Assembly: GCA_002269645.1 (NCBI GenBank)
Contig: NIVC01001908.1
Location: forward strand, 1-64,000
Source: Macrostomum lignano
Lineage: Eukaryota
Length of the DNA stretch: 64,000 bases
Reading direction: 5' to 3'
Part shown: positions 12,590 through 26,429 of the stretch, piece after piece
Numbering within the stretch: the stretch's first letter is position 1
Layout of the letters: each line of letters opens with the position of its first letter
Notes under the pieces: model-generated
The model's input: the letters and a program-made list of their open reading frames with translations, nothing else
What the model was told of the DNA's origin: nothing
Databases searched by the model: none
Program-made: the position numbers and the translations under genes

Positions 12590-15500
12590 GGGAGAGTGAC
12601 ACACAGGGAGAGTGACACACAGGGAGAGTGAGATACTGGGAGAGTGAGACAGAGGGAGAGTGAGACATAGGGAGAGTGAGACACAGGGAGAGTGAGACAC
12701 AGGGAGAGTGAGACACAGGGAGAGTGAGACACAGGGAGAGTGAGACACAGGGAGAGTAAGATACTGGGAGAGTAAGGCACAGGGAGAGTAAGGCACAGGG
12801 AGAGTGAGACACAGGGAGAGTGAGACACAGGGAGAGTGAGACACAGGGAGAGTGAGACACAGGGAGAGTGAGACACATGGAGAGTGAGATACTGGGGGAG
12901 TGAGACACAGGGAGAGTGAGACACAGGGAGAGTGAGATACTGGGAGAGTGAGACACAGGGAGAGTGAGATACTGGAGAGTGACACACAGGGAGATTGACA
13001 CACTGGGAGAGTGAGATACTGGGGGAGTGAGACACAGGGAGAGTGAGACACAGGGAGAGTGAGACACAGGGAGAGTGAAATACAGGGAGAGTGAGACACA
13101 GGGAGAGTGAGATACTGGAGAGTGACACACAGGGAGAGTGACACACAGGGAGAGTGACACACTGGGAGAGTGAGATACTGGGAGAGTGAGACACAGGGAG
13201 AGTGAGACACAGGGAGAGTGAGACACAGGGAGAGTGAGACACAGGGAGAGTAAGATACTGGGAGAGTAAGGCACAGGGAGAGTAAGGCACAGGGAGAGTG
13301 AGACACAGGGAGAGTGAGACACAGGGAGAGTGAGACACAGGGAGAGTGAGACACAGGGAGAGTGAGACACAGGGAGAGTGAGACACAGGGAGAGTGAGAC
13401 ACAGGGAGAGTGAGACACAGGGAGAGTAAGGCACAGGGAGAGTGAGACACAGGGAGAGTGAGACACAGGGAGAGTGAGACACAGGGAGAGTGAGACACAG
13501 GGAGAGTGAGGCACAGGGAGAGTGAGACACAGGGAGAGTGAGACACAGGGAGAGTGAGACACAGGGAGAGTGAGACACAGGGAGAGTGAGACACAGGGAG
13601 AGTGAGACACAGGGAGAGTAAGATACTGGGAGAGTAAGGCACAGGGAGAGTAAGGAACAGGGAGAGTGAGACACAGGGAGAGTGAGACACAGGGAGAGTG
13701 AGACACAGGGAGAGTGAGACACAGGGAGAGTGAGACACATGGAGAGTGAGACACAGGGAGAGTGACACACAGGGAGAGTGACACACAGGGAGAGTGACAC
13801 ACAGGGAGAGTGAGACACAGGGAGAGTGAAACACAGGGAGAGTGAGATACTGGGAGAGTGAGACACAGGGAGAGTGACACACAGGGAGAGTGAGACACAG
13901 GGAGAGTGACACACAGGGAGAGTGAGACACAGGGAGAGTGAGATACAGGGAGATTGAGACACAGGGAGAGTGAGACACAGCGAGAGTGAGACACAGGGAG
14001 AGTGAGACACAGGGAGAGTGAGATACTGGGAGAGTGAGACACAGGGAGAATGAGACACAGGGAGAGTGAGACACAGGGAGAGTGAGACACAGGGAGAGTG
14101 AGACACAGGGAGAGTGAGACACAGGGAGAGTGAGACACAGGGAGAGTGAGACACAGGGAGAGTAAGATACTGGGAGAGTAAGGCACAGGGAGAGTAAGGC
14201 ACAGGGAGAGTGAGACACAGGGAGAGTGAGACACAGGGAGAGTGAGACACAGGGAGAGTGAGACACAGGGAGAGTGAGACACAGGGAGAGTGAGACACAT
14301 GGAGAGTGAGATACTGGGGGAGTGAGACACAGGGAGAGTGAGACACAGGGAGAGTGAGATACTGGGAGAGTGAGACACAGGGAGAGTGAGATACTGGAGA
14401 GTGACACACAGGGAGATTGACACACTGGGAGAGTGAGATACTGGGGAGTGAGACACAGGGAGAGTGAGACACAGGGAGAGTGAGACACAGGGAGAGTGAA
14501 ATACAGGGAGAGTGAGACACAGGGAGAGTGAGATACTGGAGAGTGACACACAGGGAGAGTGACACACAGGGAGAGTGACACACTGGGAGAGTGAGATACT
14601 GGGAGAGTGAGACACAGGGAGAGTGAGACACAGGGAGAGTGAGACACAGGGAGAGTGACACACAGGGAGAGTGACACACAGGGAGAGTGAGACACAGGGA
14701 GAGTGAGACACAGGGAGAGTGAGACACAGGGAGAGTGAGACACAGGGAGAGTGAGACACAGGGAGAGTAAGATACTGGGAGAGTAAGGCACAGGGAGAGT
14801 AAGGCACAGGGAGAGTGAGACACAGGGAGAGTGAGACACAGGGAGAGTGAGACACAGGGAGAGTGAGACACAGGGAGAGTGAGACACAGGGAGAGTGAGA
14901 CACAGGGAGAGTGAGACACAGGGAGAGTGAGACACAGGGAGAGTAAGGCACAGGGAGAGTGAGACACAGGGAGAGTGAGACACAGGGAGAGTGAGACACA
15001 GGGAGAGTGAGACACAGGGAGAGTGAGGCACAGGGAGAGTGAGACACAGGGAGAGTGAGACACAGGGAGAGTGAGACACAGGGAGAGTGAGACACAGGGA
15101 GAGTGAGACACAGGGAGAGTGAGACACAGGGAGAGTAAGATACTGGGAGAGTAAGGCACAGGGAGAGTAAGGCACAGGGAGAGTGAGACACAGGGAGAGT
15201 GAGACACAGGGAGAGTGAGACACAGGGAGAGTGAGACACAGGGAGAGTGAGACACATGGAGAGTGAGACACAGGGAGAGTGACACACAGGGAGAGTGACA
15301 CACAGGGAGAGTGACACACAGGGAGAGTGAGACACAGGGAGAGTGAAACACAGGGAGAGTGAGATACTGGGAGAGTGAGACACAGGGAGAGTGACACACA
15401 GGGAGAGTGAGACACAGGGAGAGTGACACACAGGGAGAGTGAGACACAGGGAGAGTGAGATACAGGGAGATTGAGACACAGGGAGAGTGAGACACAGCGA

Positions 15501-16230
15501 GAGTGAGACACAGGGAGAGTGAGACACAGGGAGAGTGAGATACTGGGAGAGTGAGACACAGGGAGAATGAGACACAGGGAGAGTGAGACACAGGGAGAGT
15601 GAGACACAGGGAGAGTGAGACACAGGGAGAGTGAGACACAGGGAGAGTGAGACACAGGGAGAGTGAGATACTGGGAGAGTGAGACACAGGGAGAGTGAGA
15701 CACAGGGAGAGTGAGATACTGGGAGAGTAAGACACAGGGAGAGTGAGATACTGGGAGAGTGAGACACAGGGAGAGTGAGACACAGGGAGAGTGACACACA
15801 GGGAGAGTGAGACACAGGGAGAGTGACACACAGGGAGAGTGAGACACAGGGAGAGTGAGATACAGGGAGATTGAGACACAGGGAGAGTGAGACACAGGGA
15901 GAGTGAGACACAGGGAGAGGGAGACACAGGGAGAGTGAGATACTGGGAGAGTGAGACACAGGGAGATTGAGACACAGGGAGAGTGAGACACAGGGAGAGT
16001 GAGACACAGGGAGAGTGAGACACAGGGAGAGTGAGACACAGGGAGAGTGAGACACAGGGAGAGTGAGATACTGGGAGAGTGAGACACAGGGAGAGTGAGA
16101 CACAGGGAGAGTGAGACACAGGGAGAGTGAGACACAGGGAGAGTGAGACACAGGGAGAGTGAGACACAGGGAGAGTAAGATACTGGGAGAGTAAGGCACA
16201 GGGAGAGTGAGACACAGGGAGAGTGAGGCA
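12590..16230. repeat. 3.6-kb 16-bp satellite with higher-order duplication
   Basis: (CACAGGGAGAGTGAGA)n; rare variants recur at a 1517-bp offset. Confidence 0.97.
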
Positions 16231-16559
16231 CAATGAGAGTTACTCGTAGAAAAGATTCTGGATAGGAATGACAGGTATTTCACCATCCCATGAGTCAAGC
16301 GGAAAGTCATGTCTCCTTTAAGGCGAATCGAGCGAAAACAGAGTACCAAGAAAAGCATCGTCACTCTCCTACAGTGTGGATCTAGCCAATTAAATAAACA
16401 AGTGTTAGCTTCTTAGTAAAGCTCCCTAGCATTGGCAGAACAGTTTATTTCAAAACGGCTATCCACAACCAGTTATCAACAGTTGCTTATCGCGACTTTT
16501 CGACACCCTGCGCCGGTTAACATCAAAGCTGTCGGAGAGGGGGATTTCGAATAGTTGGG

Positions 16560-17521
16560 TGGGAGAAAGAGGAAAATAGTTAGGAGACAAGAGCAATGTA
16601 GATAGAGGCAGAGAAAGAGAGGGAGATGAGAGGAAAAGGGGCATAGGGACAGAGAAGAAGGGATGAAGAGAAGTGGAGACGGAGAAGATGGAGAGGAGGA
16701 CGAAGAGGGTGACAGAGAGGGAGAAAGAGGGAGAGGAAGAGAGAGGGGGAGACGGAGAGGGAGAGAGAGAGGAAGAAGGAGACGGAAAGAGAGAGGGAGA
16801 GGGAGAGAGAGGGGGAGACGGAAAGGGAGAGAGAGAGGGATAGAGAGGGGGAGACGGAGAGGGAGAGAGAGATGGAGAGGGAGACGGAGAGGGAGAGAGA
16901 GAGGGAGAGGGAGACGGAGAGGGAGACGGACAAAGAGAGGGAGGCGGAGACGGAGACGGAGAGTGAGACGGACAATGAGAGTGAGACGGACAAAGAGAGG
17001 GAGACGGACAAAGAGAGTGAGACGGAGAGGGAGACGGAGAGTGAGACGGACAAAGAGAGTGAGACGGACAAAGAGAGTGAAACGGACAAAGAGAGTGAGA
17101 CGGACAAAGAGAGGGAGACGGAGAGGGAGACGGAGAGGGAGACGGAGAGGGAGACGGACAAAGAAAGGGAGACGGAGAGGGAGACGGAGAGGGAGACGGA
17201 GAGGGAGACGGAGAGGGAGACGGACAAAGAGAGGGAGACGGAGAGGGAGACGGACAAAGAGAGGGAGACGGAGAGGGAGACGGACAAAGAGAGGGAGACG
17301 GAGAGGGAGACGGAGAGGGAGACGGACAAAGAGAGGGAGACGGAGAGGGAGACGGAGAGGGAGACGGACAAAGAGAGGGAGACGGAGAGGGAGACGGACA
17401 AAGAGAGGGAGACGGAGAGTGAGACGGACAAAGAGAGGGAGACAAAGAGGGAGACGGACAAAGAGAGGGAGACGGAGAGGGAGACGGAGAGTGAGACGGA
17501 CAAAGAGAGGGAGACGGAGAG
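16560..17521. repeat. GA-rich 12/18-bp repeat
   Basis: GAGACGGAGAGG and GAGACGGACAAAGAGAGG units. Confidence 0.95.
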
Positions 17522-18104
17522 GTAGAGCGGCACTACACAAAGTTATTTCAGGGTGCGAAATTCAGGCCTTATACAATAAACACACAACATACCACAGTGC
17601 GGCCGTCAATGCGCCGTTAGGCAGGCTGTAAAAGCGATAAAGTATTTCGCTAAGCGAGCTGAAAAACTGCGCAGAAGACTGCGATCGCGAGAGCATGCCC
17701 AGAACAGCGGCACTATGATAAATTTACTGTTCGGAATTGGCATCATTCGCAGAGAAAACCCTAGTGTATAGAGAAAGAGCTTATAGCTTTCCTCTGCTTT
17801 TGCGAATAGAATAGGAAAGCTGCGAGTCACTGAGGCAGACGGCTTTTTCTTCTGTTGCTTTTTCCTAAATAAGCCACCAGATTGTCCCATGGGAATAATC
17901 TGGAATTGAAAGATTGCTTGTTACTTCTTTGTGCGTGTCTTTTACGGGCCAGACAGGTAGGAAATGTGCTAGTTGAATAACTGATTAATTGTCTGTCAAA
18001 TTGATTGAGATTGGTGAAGATGAAAATGAAGTTTTATAGAGTAAATGTTATAGAGTAAGTTATATAGTTATAAACTATATATAGTTTTATATAGTTACCT
18101 TCAG

Positions 18105-18460
18105 AGACAAGATAAGACTCGATAGAGACTCAGAGAGTAGATGCAGAGTGAGAGAGTAGATGGAGACTGAGAGAGTGGATGGAGACTTAGAGAGTCGATG
18201 GAGAGTGAAAGAGTAGATGGAGACTGAGAGGGTAGATGGAGACTGAGCGAGTAGATGGAGACTGAGAGGGTGGATGGAGAGTGAAAGAGTAGATGGAGAC
18301 TGAGAGGGTAGATGGAGACTGAGAGAATAGATGGAGACTGAGAGAGTAGATGGAGACTGAGAGAATAGATGGAGACTGAGAGGGTAGATGGAGAATGGTA
18401 GTGTACATGGAGACTGAGGGAATAGATGGAGGCGGAGGCTGGAGAGACTGTGAGTTAGAG
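18105..18460. repeat. 19-bp minisatellite
   Basis: GATGGAGACTGAGAGAGTA units. Confidence 0.9.
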
Positions 18461-19874
18461 TTAACCACACGGGAAAGCAGGGTAAGAAATGATTGAGAAT
18501 AGTTGCTAGCGGGGGATTCGTGCTTGAGCTCAGCAAAGGTCGCCCCCCATCAAAGGATTTTTCTCTTGTGCCCCCGCTTTTATGTCGATGCAAATTATGA
18601 AGAGCCGGGCGGGTCGGTCTGGGTTTGAGGGGGCGACCGCATCTTCGCTCCCCTTGGGGATCTCTAGAATTGCTTTTTTGGTCAAGATTTTCGGATCTCG
18701 CATCCCAATTCACCAGCTTGCGCCCAGCATTATGGGATCCCCGCATACCCATACAGCAATCCCGCTGAGCTGATTGATGCGAGTCGTCGGCTGAGCTAAG
18801 GTGGACGGACGCACAGTAAAGGAAAGTAATGAGTTTCGTAGTTGCTGACTCCAGAGTCAGAATGGGCGCGGAGTTCTAGAACTAAACATCTGGTTTGTGA
18901 TTGACAGCCAGGAGGGCCAACCCCCAAGGCTCAGAGAGTGTACATGCCTGACGATTAGAAAGTCAGGGCCGCTGTACACCCTCTGTGCGCGTGAGTATGA
19001 GTGATTGCCTGCGTACGTACAGTATTGCCGCACTTGTGTGTCCTCAGGAGTCAGCCCTGGTTTTGGGACGGTGTCCCTCCTGCCGATATTATAATTGTTT
19101 TTGATTATTTAGTCTCCACTACCAGATATTCTACTTTAGAACTGCATGGCTTTGGGCATCGAACCAGAGGCCAAAACAAACAAGCCACCACCACCAGCCC
19201 CCTGAGTATTAACAATGCCCTCCGGTTCCGGAGGGGGGGGCGGTCGGTCCAATTAACTCTGTTTTAGTTGAAACATTTTCATTCAAGTTACTATGCCAGC
19301 AGTACGGTTGATCCGCCTGTTTACGGCCATTCAAAATGCTAATGAGGCCCGCGAAGTGTTGGCCTGTTTAAGGTCCTCCTGGGGTGTTGAAAAAATTGTT
19401 TTGAACTTTTCTCCGGTTAACAAGCGACCCCCGTTTAACTCCAGCATCCCCGAGGCAGAAATTTCCTGAGTGGAAAAGGAGAGAGAGGAAGGGGGCAAAC
19501 AAGGCAGACAGGCAGAGAGCTGCTTTGCCTGTCACGTGACGGAGCGGAGGGGGGTTCAATGTGAGTGGCGTCGCAGTGTCCCTGTCATCTCGGCAAACAA
19601 TGCAGCAGCCGTAGCCACAGATGGAAACGGCTTGGCAAGTCTCCTTTGAACCATGAATTCCTTTTTAAGCTTGCCTATTGCCGTGAAGCCTCGCTCAGGG
19701 GACTCGCCCTGTTCTAATCCGTATTTGAAAGCCACTTGTGCCTTATTTGCCTTGTTTCCCTATGAGGACCCTGGATGCTTGGGAGTGCAAACAATTGAAA
19801 GGTGAATATGCGAGTGTGTGTGTGTGGGTGAGTGTGTGTGAATGATTTTGTCGACGAATCGCTTGTGAATTAAT

Positions 19875-20672
19875 GTGAATGATTTATGAAGGACTGTGAA
19901 TGGTTTGTAGAGGATTGTGAATGGTTTATGGAGGATTGTGAATGGTTTATGGAGGATTGTGAATGGTTTGTGTAGGATTGTGAATGGTTTGTGGAGGATT
20001 GTGAATGGTTTGTGGAGGATTGTGAATGGTTTATGGAGGATTGTGAATGGTTTGTGGAGGATTGTGAATGGTTTGTGGAGGATTGTGAATGGTTTGTGGA
20101 GGATTGTGAATGGTTTTTTGAGGATTGTGAATGGTTTGTGGAGGAATGTGAATGGTTTGTGGAGGATTGTTAATGGTTTGTGGAGGATTGTGAATGGTTT
20201 GTGGAGGATTGTGAATGGTTTGTGGAGGATTGTGAATGGTTTATGGAGGATTGTGAATGGTTTGTGGAGGATTGTGAATGGTTTGTGAAGGATTGTGAAT
20301 GGTTTGTGGAGGATTGTGAATGGTTTTTTGAGGATTGTGAATGGTTTGTGGAGGAATGTGAATGGTTTGTGGAGGATTGTTAATGGTTTGTGGAGGATTG
20401 TGAATGGTTTATGGAGGATTGTGAATGGTTTGTGGAGGATTGTGAATGGTTTATGGAGGATTGTGAATGGTTTGTGGAGGATTGTGAATGGTTTGTGAAG
20501 GATTGTGAATGGTTTGTGGAGGATTGTGAATGGTTTTTTGAGGATTGTGAATGGTTTGTGGAGGAATGTGAATGGTTTGTGGAGGATTGTTAATGGTTTG
20601 TGGAGGATTGTGAATGGTTTGTGGAGGATTGTGAATGGTTTATGGAGGAATGTGAATGGTTTGTGGATGATT
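19875..20672. repeat. 21-bp minisatellite with a 210-bp higher-order period
   Basis: GTGAATGGTTTGTGGAGGATT; near-identical ORFs start at 20180 and 20390. Confidence 0.95.
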
Positions 20673-21640
20673 TTGAATAGTTTTTAGTGATTTTTTATCA
20701 TTTAAATCTTACAGCAAATTTTAAGTCAGTTGAGAAGCTCGCAGACAGCTCTAAGTGAACAGAGACTGTGCAGCAAAACAAAAGACCCTTGCAGAAATTT
20801 TTTCAGGGCGAGATTGGAATGCGTGAATCTTTGGTGGCCGCAAATGTTTGCTCTTCGTGACCCGACCGGCTGAAGGGTCCCGGATGTGTCCCAGCAAATG
20901 TGAGGGCATCCCGGTGCAGGTCCCTGCAGAGCGGGGAAGACGACAGCTGAAAGCCATTCTCCGAGTCAACAATGCCTCGTATCTGGGTAGAACTTTTCTG
21001 CTTCAACAAAACAATCTTTTAACAACGCTTGAGCTCTCAGGCAAGCGAGCTCTGGAATCAGGCAGCTTCCCAGAAGCCTCGCTGCTACACCCCCCCGCTG
21101 CCCAGCTTCCCAAACTGGGAGTCTATAGGTGAGCAGTGTGTGTGTGTGTGTGTGTGTGTGTAAGTGTGTGGAAAGTTCTCACTCTCAGTGCTAAATTGCT
21201 AGATAGACTAAAAGCGGGAACAATGGCCTCAGCAATGCTGAGTGACGCGTGTTACCCCAGCCTGGCCCTGTGTGTTATTTCCCACTTTCCCATTTCAGAT
21301 AATGGGGAGCCTTGCCACCCAGCCTCACTCCTCATCAACTGTCAGGGTCTGGCCGGGACTCCGCATCCACCCTCCCCCCCTCTCTCTCTTCCCCTCTCTT
21401 TCATTCTTACTTGCGAAAAATTTTCTTCTGCTTTTTGCGGGTGCCATTGGCAACAAATTCTTCTCACCCCATCGATTTTCGCATCGCCTTGAACTGTATG
21501 AGGTTGAGCAGAATCTGTCTGGCCCAGCCTTGCCAGAGGGAGCGGGGGGAATTCCGCTTTCTTATTATTAAGGCTCCCCATCCTTGGCCGTTGTTTTGTT
21601 GCGACTGGACCCTGCGAAGGTTCCAAAATTTCTGTAGATA

Positions 21641-22128
21641 CCGAAGGTCCCGAAGGTCCCGAAGGTCCCGAAGGTCCCGAAGGTCCCGAAGGTCCCGAAG
21701 GTCCCGAAGGTCCCGAAGGTCAAGAAGGTCCCGAAGGTCCCGAAGGTCCCGAAGGTCCCGAAGGTCCCGAAGGTCCCGAAGGTCCCGAAGGTCCCGAAGG
21801 TCCCGAAGGTCCCGAAGGTCCCGAAGGTCCCGAAGGTCCCGAAGGTCCCGAAGGTCCCGAAGGTCAAGAAGGTCAAGAAGGTCCCGAAGGTCCCGAAGGT
21901 CCCGAAGGTCCCGAAGGTCCCGAAGGTCCCGAAGGTCCCGAAGGTCCCGAAGGTCCCGAAGGTCCCGAAGGTCCCGAAGGTCCCGAAGGTCCCGAAGGTC
22001 CCGAAGGTCCCGAAGGTCCCGAAGGTCCCGAAGGTCCCGAAGGTCCCGAAGGTCCCGAAGGTCCCGAAGGTCCCGAAGGTCCCGAAGGTCCCGAAGGTCC
22101 CGAAGGTCCCGAAGGTCCCGAAGGTCCC
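21641..22128. repeat. 9-bp repeat, about 54 copies
   Basis: (GAAGGTCCC)n with three GAAGGTCAA variants. Confidence 0.97.
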
Positions 22129-23282
22129 GCAGATCCCGAAGACCGAAAGGTCCCGAAGGTTTAGTCTGGCATTTCAACCACAGAACAGCATTCTGTGTAA
22201 GTTCTGTGAGTTCAACTGCCAACATATCTATTCAACCAGCATAACAGCTGTCCCGGAAGCCACAGTCACACGGTAACCAAGCGTAAACCGCACTATATGT
22301 CTATATTATCGACTTGAATCTCCCTTAATTTGATTCATGAATTTGTTCACCAAACCAGAAACTTTCGGCCCCAATATTATCTCACACACCTTGGCCGCCG
22401 CGCAGCTGGGCAAATGCAATATAGACACGGCTGTAGTTCAGCATTCAAGATACAAACTACATATGGGATTAAATCCCCTTACCCTCCCTCAGTCACGGTC
22501 TGTTAATCTTCCTTACTTCTCTCCCCTCCTACCTTCCTTTTTCCTTCCCCTTACCTTCCTGTCCTGGCACTTGGTTTCTGCCCCTTCTCCTCTCTCTCTC
22601 TCTACACACACATTGGTTGCCCTCGGCAACCGAACGACAGTGGAGAGGCGTCAGGTCAGCCCTGGCCCAGTCGCGGGGCTGCATGGCTTAGAAGGATTGG
22701 AATCCCCCTCTCACCCCTCCAGGCCAGTGGGGAGCAGCTCAGCGGCTTACAGTCAGGCAGATAAATTGCGGCAACCATGGCTGGCCCCCCAATCATTTTA
22801 CCCACTCCCCGGCCCAGCTAAATTTCAACTTTCAGTTTGCCTCACGAGTTTTAGAAGCTTCCGTAAGCAGCGGCAGCAGCAGCGGCTACGGCAAAACTGG
22901 TAAGTTCCTGTCCGGCCTAAAATCCCAAATTTTAATCCCAAGCCTGAAACTCGAACTCCTGACCACAAGCCGCCTGAACTTTTGTCTCAAACCGCAGAAG
23001 CAAAGAGAAATTGCTTTTATTTGCTAAAAGAAAGCGATGATTCGGTGAGCAAAATTTCAGGTTGCAAGCAGTCAGAGCAAGCTAAGGTTGTATTAACCCC
23101 CGATCTGCATGCTTTTTTTCTCTTCATGATCTCACGCTGTTTAATTAACACTATGGGAGCTTGCTCTCAATACGTATTTTTCATGGCCAGGCTGGACTTT
23201 TCCAACTTCTTTCCTCACATCCTTCCATCACTACTCTTATTTGTACTCTCTTGGTTCAATACTTGTTTTTCCCTCTCACATC

Positions 23283-24660
23283 ATTCTCTCATCTCGTTCT
23301 CTTATCTCGCCCTCTCATCTCACCCTCTCATCTCGCCCTCTCATCTCGCCCTCTCATCTCACCCTCTCATCTCGCCCTCTCATCTCGCCCTCTCATCTCG
23401 CCCTCTCATCTCACCCTCTCATCTCGCCCTCTCATCTCACCCTCTCATCTCACCCTCTCATCTCACCCTCTCATCTCGTTCTCTTATCTCAACCTCTCAT
23501 CTCGTTCTCTCTCATCTCTCCCTCTCATCTCGCCCTCTAATCTCGCCCTCTCATCTCGTTCTCTCATCTCACAATCTCATCTCGCCCTTTCATCTCGTTC
23601 TCTCATCTCACAATCTCATCTCGCCCTTTCATCTCGTTCTCTCATCTCACAATCTCATCTCACAATCTCATCTCACCCTCTCATCTTGCCCTCTCTCATC
23701 TCGCCCTCTCTCATCTCGCCCTCTCATCTCATTCTCTCATCTCACAATCTCATCTCACCCTCTCATCTCGATCTCTTATCTCACCCTCTCATCTCACTTT
23801 CTCTCATCTCACCCTCTCACTTCAACCTCTCATCTCGCCCTCTCATCTCACCCTCTCATCTCGCCCTCTCATCTCACCCTCTCATCTCGCCCTCTCATCT
23901 CACCCTCTCATCTCGCCCTCTCATCTCACCCTCTCATCTCGTTCTCTTATCTCGCCCTCTCATCTCTCCCTCTCATCTCACCCTCTCATCTCGCCCTCTC
24001 ATCTCACCCTCTCATCTCGTTCTCTTATCTCGCCCTCTCATCTCGCCCTCTCATCTCACCCTCTCATCTCGCCCTCTCATCTCACCCTCTCATCTCACCC
24101 TCTCATCTCACCCTCTCATCTCACCCTCTCATCTCACCCTCTCATCTAGTTCTCTTATCTCGCCCTCTCATCTCACCCTCTCATCTCACCCTCTCATCTC
24201 GTTCTCTCATCTCACCCTCTCATCTCACCCTCTCATCTCGCCCTCTTATCTCACCCTCTCATCTCGTTCTCTTATCTCACCCTCTCATCTCGCCCTCTCA
24301 TCTCACCCTCTCATCTCGCCCTCTCATCTCACCCTCTCATCTCACCCTCTCATCTCACCCTCTCATCTCACCCTCTCATCTCGCCCTCTTATCTCACCCT
24401 CTCATCTCGTTCTCTTATCTCACCCTCTCATCTCGTTCTCTTATCTCACCCTCTAATCTCGCCCTCTAATCTCGCCCTCTCATCTCACCCTCTCATCTCA
24501 CCCTCTCATCTCGCTCTCTCTCATCTCACCCTCTCACTTCACCCTCTCATCTCACCCTCTCATCTCGCCCTCTAATCTCGCCCTCTCATCTCGCCCTCTA
24601 ATCTCGCCCTCTCATCTCACCCTCTCATCTCATCCTCTCATCTCACTCTTTCATCACACC
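23283..24660. repeat. 13-bp minisatellite
   Basis: CTCTCATCTC(A/G)CC units. Confidence 0.95.
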
Positions 24661-25419
24661 CTCTCATCTCACTCTTTTTTATATTATTCTTTCATCTCGT
24701 GCTCCCTCATCTCACTGTTTCACCTCAGCTTCTTATCTCAGTTTCTCATACTACCCTCTCTTCTCACCATCTACTTTCCATCTCACCATGCTCTTGTTTT
24801 CTCTCTCCGCTCTCACCTGTTATCCTTTGTCTTTGCCACCTTTCACTCAACAAAGTGACAGTAAACTCAACGCGTGCGAAAACTCGCCCAGATCCTCTGG
24901 AGCCAAGAAGGCTTGAAGCGGTCTGCAAGCCTCAGTAAATATTCCATCTGCATTGCTATCCCCCATCCTCTCTAGCCTTTCTATTTCTCAACTGGCTTCC
25001 CAGCCAGCCAGCCAGTCAGTTCCCACGCTGAATCCGCCCCGGCAACCAACAGATGCTGGAGGCTTCATCTATTTGTTTCTCATTTCTGCGGTTAACAGCG
25101 GCAGCAGGGCCCGCATCCTCTGCAGCCTCCCTCCCTTACCCATCCACTTTCCCCATCTGAGAGGCGAACGGCGCACCTTCAGCGCGAGTCATCTGTGCCT
25201 TTCGTCCTAACCGGTGTTGCAACCTGGGGTGGCATTCCGCTTTATTGACTCTCTGGCAGCCCTGCCCAGAGTCCTTAGCGTCTCTTCCCTGCCCTCTGCT
25301 TCTTTTGTCACCACATGGAACAGGAACTCCTGACCGAATCAGCTCTTCCCGAATCCTCTTCTTTTTAGTCTAGCCAACATCCACATCAATACCAACTCGC
25401 AACCTCCACCTCCTCTCTC

Positions 25420-25900
25420 CCCACTCTTCTCTTTTCTCTCCTCTCTCCTCTCATCTATCTCTCCTCTTTTCTCTCCTCTCTCCTCTCACTCCCGTTTTCT
25501 CTCCTCTCTTTTCTCTCCTCTCTCCTCTCTCCTCTCTCCCCCGTTTTCTCTCCTCTCTTTTCTCTCCCCTCTCCTCTCACCCCTGTTTTCTCTCCTATCT
25601 TTTATCTCCTCTCTCCTCTCTCCCCCGTTTTCTCTCCTCTCTTTTATCTCCTCTCTCCTCTCACCCCTGTTTTCTCTCCTATCTTTTCTCTCCCCTCTCC
25701 TCCCTCCCCTGTTTTCTCTCCTCTCTCTCCTGTTTTCTCTCCTCTCTTCTCTATCCCCTCTCCTCTCTCCCTTATGCTCTCTCCTCTCCCCCCTCTTTTT
25801 CTCTCCCCTCTCCTCTCATCTATCTCTCCTCTTTTCTCTCTTATCTCCTCTCTTTTCTCTCGTCTCTCTTCTCTCCTCTTTCCTCTCTCTTCTAGTCTTT
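25420..25900. repeat. CT-rich low-complexity repeat
   Basis: TTTTCTCTCCTCTCTCCTCTC-like units. Confidence 0.9.
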
Positions 25901-26429
25901 TTCATGTCTCATATGTAAATTCTCTCATCTCTTCTCCTAAATGTATATTTCCTATTTCAACTTTCCCATCTTATTTCTCCTTTCTCTCTCATGCGCACAT
26001 TGTTAGTCTCTATTCAATCTTTATTTTCCTAAAAAAATTGTTAGTTTCCAAATGATTCTAATCAATAAGCCGAAAACCATTGACTAGATCAAGTTTTTGG
26101 TGTTTATGAGCAATCCCTACTAAATAAAGATTAAAAACATGCAACTACATGTTAATTGAGCCATGTCAACAATGGACTGCTACAAGCGTACACACTTACT
26201 CAAAGTCGTTATTGACGAATTAATCAACTGAATGATAGCATTAAAAATATTTGATTGAGCTGGATTAGCTACTGCAAGTAGCATGGTAGGTTGCAAGGGG
26301 AACAAGGGCGAAATGTACGAGTATTTGTTAGTTTCAGCAGATTTTTATTGCTTATCTTGGCAGAAACGGCTATTAAGGCCATAAAATAAGTATATCGGAA
26401 CAATTAAGCTGAGATGAAGCTTGAAATTG

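Noticed and set aside
12438-16364. Three minus-strand ORFs of more than 1200 aa
   Set aside because: All frames are open only because the 16-bp satellite unit lacks stop codons; there is no codon-level variation or homology.
18945-18970. CTGACGA-TTA-GAAA resembling a minimal hammerhead ribozyme core
   Set aside because: No stem III pairing with a valid UH cleavage triplet could be built, and the other two copies have GAGA and AAAA instead of GAAA.
20848-21132. ORF with an LRR-like NNLLTTLELSG ending at a GTGAGC donor
   Set aside because: All frames from the nearest good acceptor (20806) hit stop codons, and a single LRR-like word is not enough.
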